Assembly (NCBI RefSeq): GCF_001194135.2 | Contig: NC_068981.1 | Span: forward strand, 58,949,113-59,013,112 | Source of the DNA: Octopus bimaculoides | Taxonomy: Eukaryota | Direction of reading: 5' to 3' | DNA: 64,000 nucleotides | Shown: positions 23,291-35,950 of the stretch, one piece after another | Position numbering within the stretch: the stretch's first letter is position 1 | How the letters are laid out: every line of letters begins with the position of its first letter | The notes under the pieces: model-generated | Database searches by the model: none | Told to the model about the DNA's origin: nothing | Seen by the model: only the letters and a program-made list of their open reading frames with translations | Position numbers and translations under genes: made by a program

Positions 23291-25126
23291 TGTGTATGTG
23301 CATGTGCGCGCTCGCGTGTTCCATGTTTGGAACCTAATGTTATACGTGCCAAACTGCATTAATAAAGCTATTCTGTTGCATATTTAATAACCCCGTCTCT
23401 TCAAATGGATTTTGCAATTGAACGAAAAGCCTGTGCGACATGTGTCAAAAATAATACAAACAGTGAAAGATGATTCAATTTCAACAATCAACCGTCTTGA
23501 CCGTTTTTGTGAAAGAAATGGATTGATATATATTACAAAATGATATCTATACACATTTCACATATTTTGAATTCTACAGCTTCAAATATCCGCCGGCGTC
23601 AATTTTTATACATTTGTTGGCGGATAGGTTTCTGCCAAAAAGTTATTTTTACGTAGCAAAAATAAGCAACATATTCATTGTCTGTAAAGCTTAGAAACAG
23701 TTTAAACGGTTAAAGCATGTAATAAGTAAATAAAAAAAAAATCAATGATATCCTAACAAATACTGTTTTTAAACAGCTTTTCAAGAGTGACTGATATTGT
23801 GTTTACATACATGCATGTATACTTAGATGCAGAAACACACACACATACACACACACGTATGCACACACGTACACACACATTTCATGTAGAATTTGACAGG
23901 ACCGCTTGACGAGTTCATTTGCTGTAAGGAGTGCATAGTGCAACGTTTCGTGCATTCATCTAAAAGTGAGAGGAAAGAAAGTAAGCATGGCTACGTCGCT
24001 TGTGCAGGGGCCAAGTAAATGACAGGTGGTAGAAGTTATATAAGATGTGGATGTGAGATTGCTCAGAGTGAGAAATAAATGGAAAGGAAGGGAGCTATAC
24101 ACACTCACACATATTGACATGTACATAATATAGATATATACAGACAAAATCTCCCCAGGATGGATTGTATATGGCAATACCACCGGCTGATGTCAATACC
24201 ACCATAAATTTACTTGAAATTTCTGCCCTTCAGGACACCATCTCCCTCCACATCACTTTTTTATTACAAAACAATACACGTGCCAACGACAGAGCTTTGT
24301 TGAGATGCTCAGCCTGCTAAAAAAGAACTCTCCTTCAGATGTACCCCCTACAGCCTGAAAGAAAGGGAAACACATGTAGTATAATGTTTGTAGTTCTAGA
24401 TGCCCTTGAAAAGCAAGGAGTGTCACAGAATGCCTTGGATTATAGGTTTGCTAGATCAGAGTTGATCTCAGGCAACTGCATCAAACCAACAGATACTCAT
24501 TCCTACCTCGACTTTCTTCCACATAACCTTCATACAACATATCTACCAATCTATCGTGGACCCTTCCCTCCACTGAGCCTACACACAAGCCCACTTAGCG
24601 ATCGGAGTGCCTTTCTTTTTGTACGTTGCGATTCTGCCACTGAAGTACACCATTTTCTGTAACTTCCTCTTCCTGCAATGTATCTCTTTAATGCCACAAT
24701 CTTTTATAAGCACTTACTCTGAATTCAGATGACATATTTACTCCTTCATCTTCCTAACTGCACTCTTACTATATCCCAAAGCTACATTTAACGTCAAGTT
24801 ACAGCCACTTCGACTGAACATTCTATACAATCTCATTTGCTGCATAGCCGGTAAACTTAGTATTAAGCATGGTACATAATGTCCGTGACCTAAGCCAGAG
24901 TGTCTTTAAAGTTGTAGCCCAGCACTTTAACTCATTGGTCACCATTTTGACCACAACGTGGTTAAATGTGTTATACTACACAATAATTTATCCCACTACT
25001 GCAGGGTCAAGGATGAGCATACATGAATTCTTCCGTTCTTGTGCTTAGTTCAAGTGTCCTGCCACATGTTATTCATATACTTAAATGTGTGCATTTCTCG
25101 GTTTTGTATATCTATATGTCTCTGTC

Positions 25127-25127
<1 letters not shown>

Positions 25128-25210
<83 letters not shown>
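25128..25210. repeat. (TATC)n [GATA] tetranucleotide microsatellite
   Basis: Direct reading. Confidence 0.95.
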
Positions 25211-25211
<1 letters not shown>

Positions 25212-25652
25212 GTATGCAGTTATATATTTATGCGTGCATATGTATTATGAATATATTTGCATTTAAGTGTGTATATGCATGTGTGAGTGTGTGCGCGTGC
25301 AGACATGTATGTATGACTACGAATACTTTTACATACGAATATTTGCGTATGTATGTCTCCATAAATGTTTTTGTGTGGCTGAAATTAAAAGTATTGTGTG
25401 TACTCATACGTATGTGTGTGTGTGTATGCGTGTATACGCACAGGTATGTATGGTTGTATGTGTATGTATGTTTGTATTTGCTTGTATGTATGCTTGATTT
25501 TCATGTTGGTATGTGCATGTTTGCATATACACATTTACTGTTGAAGGTAAACGTTTCTTTTGTTTTCATTTTATTCATTGAAAATGATATTCTATACAAC
25601 TAAACAGAAAGAGTTGTATGTATTGCTGTTACTGTGTGATTATGGGTGTCTA

Positions 25653-25792
25653 CAAACGGGGGTCGGACAAAATAACGGCAGCATCACTTTATATTTAGCA
25701 TCACTTTTATATAGGCAATATGAAAAATTCAATACTATTCTACTGTATATATNNNNNNNNNNNNNNNNNNNNNNNNNNNNNNNNNNNNNNNN

Positions 25793-25826
<34 letters not shown>

Positions 25827-26936
25827 ATTTGCATTATATATGCATTTTACTTCACGATATAACGTTCTTTTTTTGCAAATATTTGTATTGAAATAAGATA
25901 AAATGATTTTCAAAGTGGACTAATTGTTGGAATGCAGAGGGCTGGAAATTTATTCTCTATTTCTAAATTGCTTAATGCTTCAAGAAATCATCTTGACATT
26001 CTAAAACCAAGTTAAAACCAGCTCTGGCGAGCATATTTCTGGATAGAAAGCAAAGCTCACAGAGAAGAGCCGCAGAATAGTGAAACGTATGTGTCTTAAA
26101 AACCATGGAATTACAGCAACAAAAGTGACAGAAGAGCTAAATGATCACTTTGCCATACTTGTGCCAACCCAAACCATTCATCGTGCGTGCCATAAAGCTA
26201 TCCACGGGGAGGGTTGAAACTGCTAACTCTCTACTGTCTTCCATTAATATTGATAAACGGAAAAAATGGCGTACTGATTATCAGAAAAGTTATCTGTGGC
26301 TCAATGACACGATGTCATCTTCTTTGGTGAATCACTATTCACATTTTTTCCTCACTTTGGGATTAATTTATTTCACCAAACCCTAACTATTTGACCTCTA
26401 CCGTGAAGCATGGAGGCGGATCTGTGATGGTTTGGACAACCATATCACAGGTTTCTCTAGTCTCTTTAGTTGTTCTACATAGTAGAGTTAATGCCAAGGA
26501 GTATCTGAATAATTTTGCGGATGATGTCCATCCTATAGTACGAAAATTGCTCCTTCATAGTAATGCAATTTTCCAGGATGATAACTCACCGATTCACACA
26601 GCTAATGTTATTAAAAAGTAATATAAAGAGCACAAAAGTAAAGTAGACCATTGGGACTGCCACCTCCAACTTTCTCACCGAATGTGTAAATGTATAAGTG
26701 AACGTTTATGGTGCATTTTGGAATAGCAAATGAGGAGCCACTTCTTTCTGCCTCCGTAGTTGATAGAGCTAAAGCAAGCTTTACTTGAAGAGTGGCTCAA
26801 AATTCTCTTTACAGAACCTGTACGAATCAATTCCTCGACGTATTAAGACTGTGATTGATGCTGAAGGTGGACCAGCATAGTACTAAATAAAAACTTCTGT
26901 TTAACAAGGTATATCCATCATTTTGTCCAACCTCTT
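25653..26936 (+). mobile_element. Degenerate Tc1-family (DD34E-type) transposon with both ends
   Basis: End motifs GGTCGGACAAAATAACGG and CCATCATTTTGTCCAACC are inverted. Translation includes DFQSGLIVG, TVKHGGGSVMVW, FQDDNSPIHTA, EEWLKI and IDAEGGP. A TA run and small gap lie inside the 5' part. Confidence 0.8.
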
Positions 26937-28026
26937 CATGTGAACAACTTTTTTTGTGCGGTTGATCTTTATCTATGGGTTTTGCTATTTAATGTTACTC
27001 CTCTCTCTGTGCTTCACTTGAACTCTTTTGCCTTGTTTCTTTGAGGCACTGACTCTTTCCACCTTTCCTCTCCACATCTCATAATATGTTTCATGGAAAA
27101 TACGCCAAGGGATTGTTCTGCACACTCTATACAAACTCAGTAAGATTTTACATCTGCAATAAGGATCGAAATAACGTTGATTAACCCCTGTATATATTTT
27201 TCTATAATTCGATCACAAATCTTATTGAAGTTATCCCTCTTGCTTGTCACTTTCAAATCATAAAATACATTGCCACATTTTCATGAGTTCAACGATGAGC
27301 AAAACATTGAGAATGAAAAGTAAAAGTAGAGGAAAACTCTGACCTACTCATATAGCTCCTCGCTCTTGCTTATCTACCTTTCATCTCTTATATCAGCACA
27401 ACATATGTTACTCCCTAAAATCTAATACCTTCTGAAAATACTTCTCTCCAGCCCAAGCGACAAAACTTTCTTTCGTCTTTCCTCAATCACAAACGAAAGG
27501 CAAGCCGCGAAATATTAGGTATCACACTCCTCATTACAAAGGCACTCAACGGACTCCTCCTACTGACTTATTACAAATTATCTCAGCACTTTTTATATAT
27601 ATATATATATNNNNNNNNNNNNNNNNNNNNNNNNNNNNNNNNNNNNNNNNNNNNNNNNNNNNNNNNNNNNNNNNNNNNNNNNNNNNNNNNNNNNNNNNNN
27701 NNNNNNNNNNNNNNNNNNNNNNNNNNNNNNNNNNNNNNNNNNNNNNNNNNNNNNNNNNNNNNNNNNNNNNNNNNNNNNNNNNNNNNNNNNNNNNNNNNNN
27801 NNNNNNNNNNNNNNNNNNNNNNNNNNNNNNNNNNNNNNNNNNNNNNNNNNNNNNNNNNNNNNNNNNNNNNNNNNNNNNNNNNNNNNNNNNNNNNNNNNNN
27901 NNNNNNNNNNNNNNNNNNNNNNNNNNNNNNNNNNNNNNNNNNNNNNNNNNNNNNNNNNNNNNNNNNNNNNNNNNNNNNNNNNNNNNNNNNNNNNNNNNNN
28001 NNNNNNNNNNNNNNNNNNNNNNNNNN

Positions 28027-28098
<72 letters not shown>

Positions 28099-28245
28099 AC
28101 ACACACATATGTACACACACATATATATATATACATACATACATATATATATGTATTTATATATAGGAATCTGCAGATACATACGTACATACTTATGTAT
28201 GCACATACATACCTACATATATTAATAAATGAGAATGGGATAGAT

Positions 28246-28453
28246 ATCATGTAATGTAGTTCACTAGGTTAGCTATGTCTGCTACAAGAAGCAGGGAATC
28301 CTGAGCTGATTGGTTGCGCAACATCCTAGAGTTTCCTCGAAATTATTAAACTTCATTTGAATGGTTCCGAGGAAACTCTAGGATCTTAAACTCAGTTCTG
28401 AATGCACTGCTTCTCATAGCAGACAGCTAATCTAATTAACTTGGTTACGTGAT
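28246..28453. repeat. Fold-back palindromic element (MITE-like)
   Basis: Perfect 17-bp inner stem ATCCTAGAGTTTCCTCG 28323-28339 / 28368-28384. Imperfect pairing continues outward (AGCTATGTCTGCTACAAGAAGCAG vs CTGCTTCTCATAGCAGACAGCT; ATCATGTAA vs TTACGTGAT). Confidence 0.75.
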
Positions 28454-28608
28454 TCCTGTTCATTATCCAAGATCACAATCTGTAGTAGCCTAAGCTAAAG
28501 CTTTATGCTAAAGCGTTTATGTATTTAGTTCTCACAAGTGGCTAGGAGTATCACTCAGAAGGACTGCAGCCACATGGCTGAAGCTCATAGAAAAATAAAA
28601 CAAAAGAA

Positions 28609-28657
<49 letters not shown>

Positions 28658-29232
28658 NNNNNNNNNNNNNNNNNNNNNNNNNNNNNNNNNNNNNNNNNNN
28701 NNNNNNNNNNNNNNNNNNNNNNNNNNNNNNNNNNNNNNNNNNNNNNNNNNNNNNNNNNNNNNNNNNNNNNNNNNNNNNNNNNNNNNNNNNNNNNNNNNNN
28801 NNNNNNNNNNNNNNNNNNNNNNNNNNNNNNNNNNNNNNNNNNNNNNNNNNNNNNNNNNNNNNNNNNNNNNNNNNNNNNNNNNNNNNNNNNNNNNNNNNNN
28901 NNNNNNNNNNNNNNNNNNNNNNNNNNNNNNNNNNNNNNNNNNNNNNNNNNNNNNNNNNNNNNNNNNNNNNNNNNNNNNNNNNNNNNNNNNNNNNNNNNNN
29001 NNNNNNNNNNNNNNNNNNNNNNNNNNNNNNNNNNNNNNNNNNNNNNNNNNNNNNNNNNNNNNNNNNNNNNNNNNNNNNNNNNNNNNNNNNNNNNNNNNNN
29101 NNNNNNNNNNNNNNTATGTATACTAAGAGACTTAGGTAAGTTTCGGCCAAATATGTGATCAAACAGATTTTAATGAGGCAGATGTTAGTCTGGGACGGCA
29201 TAACTTATATAGTAAAATGGACAAATGGAGAA

Positions 29233-29397
29233 CATTGAACTTGCATAGGGGAGTGAAAAATTCGACATTTTAAATATGTTTTTCTCTAAGGAAATGTTGA
29301 AAGGAGAGAAAATTCTCAGTTTTTTTCCTTTAACTTTTCGCGAAGAAATACTCTCTCCGAAACAGTAGATTTTCCACTCCCCTCTGCAAGTTCACTG
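29233..29397. mobile_element. 165-bp MITE with ~30-bp TIRs (Tc1/mariner-type ends)
   Basis: CATTGAACTTGCATAGGGGAGTGAAAAATTC versus reverse complement CAGTGAACTTGCAGAGGGGAGTGGAAAATC. TA follows the right end. Confidence 0.7.
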
Positions 29398-29515
29398 TAC
29401 TTTATTTTTATCGAGTTAATACACACATATACATACATACATACATACATACATTACACACAAACATACATACACACACGCACACATATATATGTATGTA
29501 TGTGCGTATGTGTGG

Positions 29516-29612
<97 letters not shown>

Positions 29613-30903
29613 TACATATATATATTATATAAGCATATATATTTAAATATACGCAATATATGCGTAATTGAAATATGTATATATATATACACACACACAT
29701 TGAATTTGAGTTGTACTTTATAACAGGTTGTCCAGCTGTATCTTTCTGAAAGTATCGTTGGTGTTGAATATACCCATACCATGAGATTATCGAAGTCCAG
29801 ATATCTGATGATGTGGCTCTGTTCTACACCCAAGGAGCTTGAAATCAACCTGTTATCATACACACACACACACGCGCGCGCGTGTATGTGTGTGTGTGTG
29901 CTTGCATGTGTATATATTTCCTTGCATTTATACTCACACATAGTTTACTTATGAAATTTATTAGTTTTTCTACAGTAAAAAAGAAAATTTCGAGCTGTGA
30001 TTATCGATTGTCAATTGCAACTTCAGTGCTTGGATACAATTGTTTGTTTTTTTTCTGTTTACAGACAAGCGCTCTATCACATAAGAATAGTAAAAGCTGC
30101 TACCTTTGTCAAGATACAGACAACTATATTTTCTGCTTTAATCTCTTGATGTTCAAGGAAATCATGTCCAAGGAAATCATGTAAGGACAATGGACTGACG
30201 ATCATATTTCACTTCATCATGAGTTAAATAATTATCAGAAAAGCACTGTCATTGAAATTTTACAGAATACTGGTCCCCTACACAAACATCTGATTGCGCA
30301 TTACGTTATTTAACAAACGTTTACATGTTTAATCATATTCTAACCACTTTCACATGAAATCCATAGTTTTTTTTCTCAACGTCTTTAAATAAAACAATTT
30401 GTTTAAAATTTCATTTTCAATTATCCTTCTTATTACTTAATGGCTTCGAAACTTTTTTTCTTTTTCCAATGAAACCAGGAACAAATAAACTTGATCAGTT
30501 TTTGTAATATTTCGAATTAACACATTTCAAAAGTTGGAGGAAAAATATGAAGAAAAGGACAAAAACTTTAATTAAAAAATCATAAAAAACAAAAACAAAA
30601 AATTTTCATAGTTCCAAAGCTTTTAAAAAATAAATTTGCGAAATAACGTTGTCGTTTATCTTCCCATTTTCTTGTTGTCATAGTAGTTTATTTTCATTCT
30701 GTGTTAGACAAACAGTTGTGGCTTCAGTCTTTTATTCCTTTCATTGAAAAGTGCAATTTACTTTTTGAAATGTCAATTATAAAGCATTCCATTAACTCCT
30801 GTTAATTTATATTTCATATATAGATTAACAGGAGTCAACAAGGGAAACAACGAATGAAATAGCCAATGGATTTAGATAGTTTTGAATTGTATTTAGAGAA
30901 ATG

Positions 30904-32010
30904 TCATGGACAGGCACTCTCTGTTTGATCTGTTTCTGGCTGTTGATCATTCAGTACTGTCAATTCATACATAGTGGTTCGTGTATCCGCCTCATTTGAC
31001 AATTCTACTCGGCATGCACCGAGAGTTTTAAAGAGAACTGGACGGAACGTGCGAAAAAGGACTTTTCTAAACTTGCGACCAACTGCTGTATAAACCAAGA
31101 AATTTACTGAAGAATTAAATATAAATAAAGTATTACTAACTGCTAGCCATTTAAGCAAAACAAGGTGCGAGAGGAACTCGTACTGGGCGATTAAACCTGG
31201 CGTTTGACAAACAATAAAGATAAGAACAATTAGAACCAGAACAAGACTCATGTTTGCTTCGTTGTCTTCTTCCACATTCATTCCAACTCGACGTTGTCGC
31301 ATTTTCATGAGTTCAATGATGAGTAGAACGTTGAGGACGAAAAGTACAAGTAGAGGAATGATAAAAATCAGAATGGAGTACATTAAACCACTGTAAATTT
31401 CCTTGTATATATCTGATTCGCCATATTCAGTCGGTATAATCATGTAACCGTCTCCTGATTTCAAAGGGCTAGCTTTAGTGCCAAACAGACGTGGGATATT
31501 ATACAACACCGAGAAAGCGGTTGTTAATCCAATCACAGTAAGAGCTTTACAACGAGTCAGTAATCGGATAGAAATAAACGGATGACAAATTGCAATATAC
31601 CGCTCAATAGTAACACTAACAGTAATCCATACATTTATAGTTTGAACAGTCATCACTACATAATTACATGGTACAAATATCATAGGATAAATAATTTCTC
31701 TGAAATATTTTAAACTCTTCGTATAGTTAGAGATACTGATAGGTGTAAGCAAAAGGAATGCAAAAACTAATATTGCCGTGTCCGTGATTACAAGAGCTCT
31801 TAGATAGTATATTGTAGTGGAGTGCATTTCTTTTCGCCAAAGAACAATTATTGTTAGAATGTTGCCAATTAGACCAAAGAGAACTATAACAGGAACAATG
31901 ATTCCCCAAAAGAAGAAATGTACGGAATAGGCTTCCATTTTATTTTCCTCATTTAGGGAAGATCCACCGTCAGTAGTGTTGGGAATACCACTCAAATTGG
32001 CTTCTGCCAT
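30904..32010 (-). CDS. Class A (rhodopsin-like) GPCR, FMRFamide-receptor-like/orphan peptide receptor, 368 aa, ORF in a single exon
   Basis: Uninterrupted ORF with seven hydrophobic segments. GLIGN (TM1), LVITD (TM2), ERY-AICHP (TM3/ICL2), LYNIPR (TM4, typical of FMRFa-R-like receptors), CQTP (TM6), NSSVNFLVY (TM7) and a GRKFR helix 8. N-terminal sequons NLS and NTT. Confidence 0.95.
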   Translation of the reverse strand: MAEANLSGIPNTTDGGSSLNEENKMEAYSVHFFFWGIIVPVIVLFGLIGNILTIIVLWRKEMHSTTIYYLRALVITDTAILVFAFLLLTPISISNYTKSLKYFREIIYPMIFVPCNYVVMTVQTINVWITVSVTIERYIAICHPFISIRLLTRCKALTVIGLTTAFSVLYNIPRLFGTKASPLKSGDGYMIIPTEYGESDIYKEIYSGLMYSILIFIIPLLVLFVLNVLLIIELMKMRQRRVGMNVEEDNEANMSLVLVLIVLIFIVCQTPGLIAQYEFLSHLVLLKWLAVSNTLFIFNSSVNFLVYTAVGRKFRKVLFRTFRPVLFKTLGACRVELSNEADTRTTMYELTVLNDQQPETDQTESACP

Positions 32011-32106
32011 GATTTACACGCTCCGTTTCACAATTCAAAATGTACACTGCTCATATATACTATTGACAGAGACTAACTTAGTATCAAGATCATATAGTTA
32101 ATAGTT

Positions 32107-32123
32107 CTGGCGTGAAAGAAAAT
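32107..32123 (-). other. Probable 3' splice acceptor of a 5' UTR intron of the GPCR gene
   Basis: Minus strand ATTTTCTTTCACGCCAG|AACTATT: pyrimidine tract plus CAG, 96 nt upstream of the ATG. Confidence 0.5.
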
Positions 32124-33552
32124 CAGCGAACATTTTACTTTTTATAAATTATATAATTACTCTCTAAGCCTCACTTGGATTTGAAAATTAATTATTCAGC
32201 TGGTAATCAAATATTATTTTCTCATAATTTTAACGCGTGAATTAAACCCCGTATTCGCTAATCACTCAGTTCGTATCGTATCTACCATTTTATAGGACAT
32301 GTTTAATTCGTGAAATACAAACGCCTCTTACTAATGGAAATATATAACACAAAGGATATGATAATAAAAATATCCTGTTTAAGACTATATCACAGATAAG
32401 TTCGTGGTACCAGCAAATCAATGGCGATGTTCTTTCTCATTCTTAATATATTTAACTCTTACAAAGATGCAAGGAAGCATGAAGTGATAAATAGTTGTGC
32501 TGTTCAACGTTCGCGATCTACTACATTTCAGTTATTGCGTGTGTATTAAATAAACTTTCCCTTCTCTAACCGTTTTAAGAAAAATAATAAAAAAAGGTAA
32601 TAAAGATTAATATATATTGTCGTCAATGTGGTTCTCAAGAAGATGTTAGGCTTGCTTAAGCATAAACTTGCGAAATATTCATAGTATTGTAGACAAGTTG
32701 ATATTGCATTACATTCTTGATTATAATCGTTTTCAATGAAAAATGATTCAATGGAATCATAAGTGCAGCAGAATGAAATATTAAATATAAAATGCAATAT
32801 TAGAGATACTGTCCGCTCGAGGTAAATGTGTTACATTCTACTAATTATCTTAATTTCTCAGGTAATAAAATAGTGCTGATGATATGTAATTTAGATGTTT
32901 CCGAAGAATTGGCATTTTCGTCGAATTGTATGATTTAGAATTCAAAAGTCGTTGTCATTTATGCTCGTTTTCTACAAGCACGTCTTGTATTCTTTTCTTC
33001 AAAGTGTAATCTGGAATAAAAAGAAGACATATATCATTATAGACAAAGAAAAAATGTAAACATTTGTTTGATAGAAAATAGTAGGAAAATGATATCACAG
33101 TACATTTGTGAATGAAATATCGTAATGCTAACAAGAGCTAGGCATCATGATGATAAAACGTTGCATTATTTTCTGCTTAGAGTATGAAGACATTGCAAAT
33201 GAAAAGTATCAGCTATCTTAAGTAATCGTCAGTCATATAGTTACTTGCATTAACAAAGCATTCAAGATATCACACACACTTCCACACACGGGCGCGCACA
33301 GACACGGGTGCGCGTACGCACAGTCACACACAGTCACACACAGTCACACACGCTCAAACACATGATAACACAAATGAATCATTGTGTTGGAAGAATATAT
33401 CAATAACTTGGCTAATGAGGTTGCTTATTAGTGAACGACATGACCAATAACTGGGGATAAATATTTAAATATCACTTATTACTTTTTTTGTACCTGTTTA
33501 TATGTACATTGTTGTTATTGTTATTTAACTACAATCGAGCAAACTTAGCAAA

Positions 33553-34838
33553 GTTGAGTCAAGAGTTTTTCGGATTTTCACTGATGACTTTTGGCAACTT
33601 GAATCTACATGTTAGTTTGATACAACTTGTTACCCAATCATTGATAAATTGTTTATTCATTATTTTCATATATAGCATATAAGCATTAATTGTTAATTCT
33701 TTATTTTACAGCTTTGATAACGAGCGGCGAAAGAATTTCAATTAAAGCCATTTTACACTACCAGTGAAAAAAAGGACCGCGGGCAAAGGCAGTGGCAAAA
33801 GAAATTAATGATGCGGAAGGCCAAGGACTATCAATGAATGTGTGGCACAAAACTGGTTCAAACGTTTCAAGGAAGGCGACACCTGCCTCAGAGACAAACC
33901 AAGGCCAGGGAGACCTTCTGTTGTGGAAGCTGAGACCTTGCTTGAAATAATTGAACAACAGCCAATCACAATCACTCGTATATTTACAGCAGATTTTGAT
34001 CCTTCACTAAGCACCATCAATCGATGCCTCCATAAGCTCGGCTTTGTGAACAGATGCTGTCGAGAAGTTCATCATTAACTGACCAATGGCCAGGCTCAAC
34101 AACGTGTGAACATTTGTAAGTAACTGCTGGCAACTCCTTAAGATGTCCGTTTTGACATCGAATTGTAACTGTGGACGGAAAATGGATCTATTTTCATAAT
34201 ATTACGAGAAATCAGTGGTTTCGTTCCGGCCAGGCTTTAGTACCTGTTGTCAAACAAGGGCAGTTTGAACAGAAGGTCATTTTGTGTTTGGTGGAATTTT
34301 GAAGGAGTGTTGCACTTTGAGCTTGTCCCAGAGAATCAAGCTGTGAATGCTAATCTTTGTGCTCAAAAACTACAGCGAGCATATGATGCTTTGAAAATCC
34401 GTTACTCGGTATTGGTCAATCGAAGGCGCGCACTCATACAGTATGACAATGTTCCAGCACACACTGCCAAACTTACCAAGCGCAAACTTAAGGTACTTCA
34501 GGGGCTGGAAGTACTGCCTCACCCTGCCTAAATCCAGACCTTGCACCATCAAATCACCACTTTTTCCGAGCCATTATTCATTTCCTGCTCAAATGGAGCT
34601 TCAGCAATGCGGACGAGGTGGACAACAGTTGCAGGGAGGTTTTGCTTCTAAACCAGCCGAATGATATAAGTGTGGAATTGAGCTTCTGGCACAACGATGG
34701 CAACAGTCAATAGAATATGATGGGATATATTTTGATGAATAAAAGCTTTTTGTTTGTAATTTGCTTGTACTATTAAGTAAAGCGTGAAATACGAAAAAAA
34801 ACAAAAACCAAACAAACAAAAAGAGTTTTTGACTCAGT
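33553..34838 (+). mobile_element. Near full-length mariner (DD34D), inactivated
   Basis: AQNWFKRFKEGDT...KPRPGRPS, CREVHH, VTVDGKWIYF, VWWNFEGVLHFELVP, YDNVPAH, PHPA*(S)PDLAPS and RWQQSIEYDGIYFDE*. Decayed inverted ends TTGAGTCAAGAGTTTTT / AAAAGAGTTTTTGACTCAG. Confidence 0.85.
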
Positions 34839-35399
34839 CAGGCATAATGAAAGGTTTCCATTCTGTTTTTTTGTAGGATAAGAAATACTCTACTAAACTG
34901 TTTTTTTAAGGCATAGCATTTGACTCGAGGGTTATTTGCCTGCTAATCTAGCAAGTCGAACACTGTGGACCACTCCTTATTATTTATACATAGATACGGT
35001 CATACAAATACACGGACACAAATTTGAAATAAGTATAGGAAAGTGCTGCATTACTTATGTAGTTTCATCAAGTTCCGTTCTCATACCTCATACCTCTTCC
35101 ACTGACCGTTCTACCTACCTACCTACCTACCTACCTCTCTCCATCCCTCTCTACCTACCTACACATGTGTAGCGTAGCAAGGGTCCTCAGCGCTCGGACA
35201 CAATGATACTTTCAGTGTCTTTTGCATGATAGGTCAAAGGATAATATTACCCTTTTCTCATCTGTGCCTGAGACCAACTGTCCTTCTTACCTCTCTCTTG
35301 CTACGCCTCTGCAATCCACCCGTCCTTCAATCGATGAATTCATTCATCTACCAATCTTTGTCTCTCTCTCTCTCTGTCCACACACACACACACGCACGA

Positions 35400-35463
<64 letters not shown>

Positions 35464-35877
35464 ACACACACATTTATCTATGCGACTCAGCTTTTGCATT
35501 TNNNNNNNNNNNNNNNNNNNNNNNNNNNNNNNNNNNNNNNNNNNNNNNNNNNNNNNNNNNNNNNNNNNNNNNNNNNNNNNNNNNNNNNNNNNNNNNNNNN
35601 NNNNNNNNNNNNNNNNNNNNNNNNNNNNNNNNNNNNNNNNNNNNNNNNNNNNNNNNNNNNNNNNNNNNNNNNNNNNNNNNNNNNNNNNNNNNNNNNNNNN
35701 NNNNNNNNNNNNNNNNNNNNNNNNNNNNNNNNNNNNNNNNNNNNNNNNNNNNNNNNNNNNNNNNNNNNNNNNNNNNNNNNNNNNNNNNNNNNNNNNNNNN
35801 NNNNNNNNNNNNNNNNNNNNNNNNNNNNNNNNNNNNNNNNNNNNNNNNNNNNNNNNNNNNNNNNNNNNNNNNNNNNN

Positions 35878-35950
35878 CAGTGGGGTGGACAGTGGGGTGG
35901 ACAGTGGGGTGGACAGTGGGGTGGACAGTGGGGTGGACAGTGGGGTAGAC
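35878..35950 (+). repeat. G-rich 12-bp tandem repeat (CAGTGGGGTGGA)n
   Basis: Five perfect units plus one variant are visible. The array runs into the N gap at 35502-35877, so its true length is unknown. Confidence 0.9.

Noticed and set aside
24180-24662. IKPTDTHSYLDF motif suggesting a Penelope-like remnant
   Set aside because: Single short motif with no supporting RT motifs nearby; insufficient to call.
29721-29855. 10-bp inverted ends TAACAGGTTG/CAACCTGTTA enclosing CTGATGA...GAAA (mini-MITE or type III hammerhead)
   Set aside because: Stems I and II are not adjacent to the core and stem III needs an indel. The inverted repeat is too short to call an element.
31727-31909. Overlapping 60-aa ORF in another frame of the GPCR
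   Set aside because: Short alternative-frame by-product of the GPCR CDS.
35878-35950. CRISPR or telomeric array
   Set aside because: No unique spacers, eukaryotic context, and the unit is not TTAGGG.
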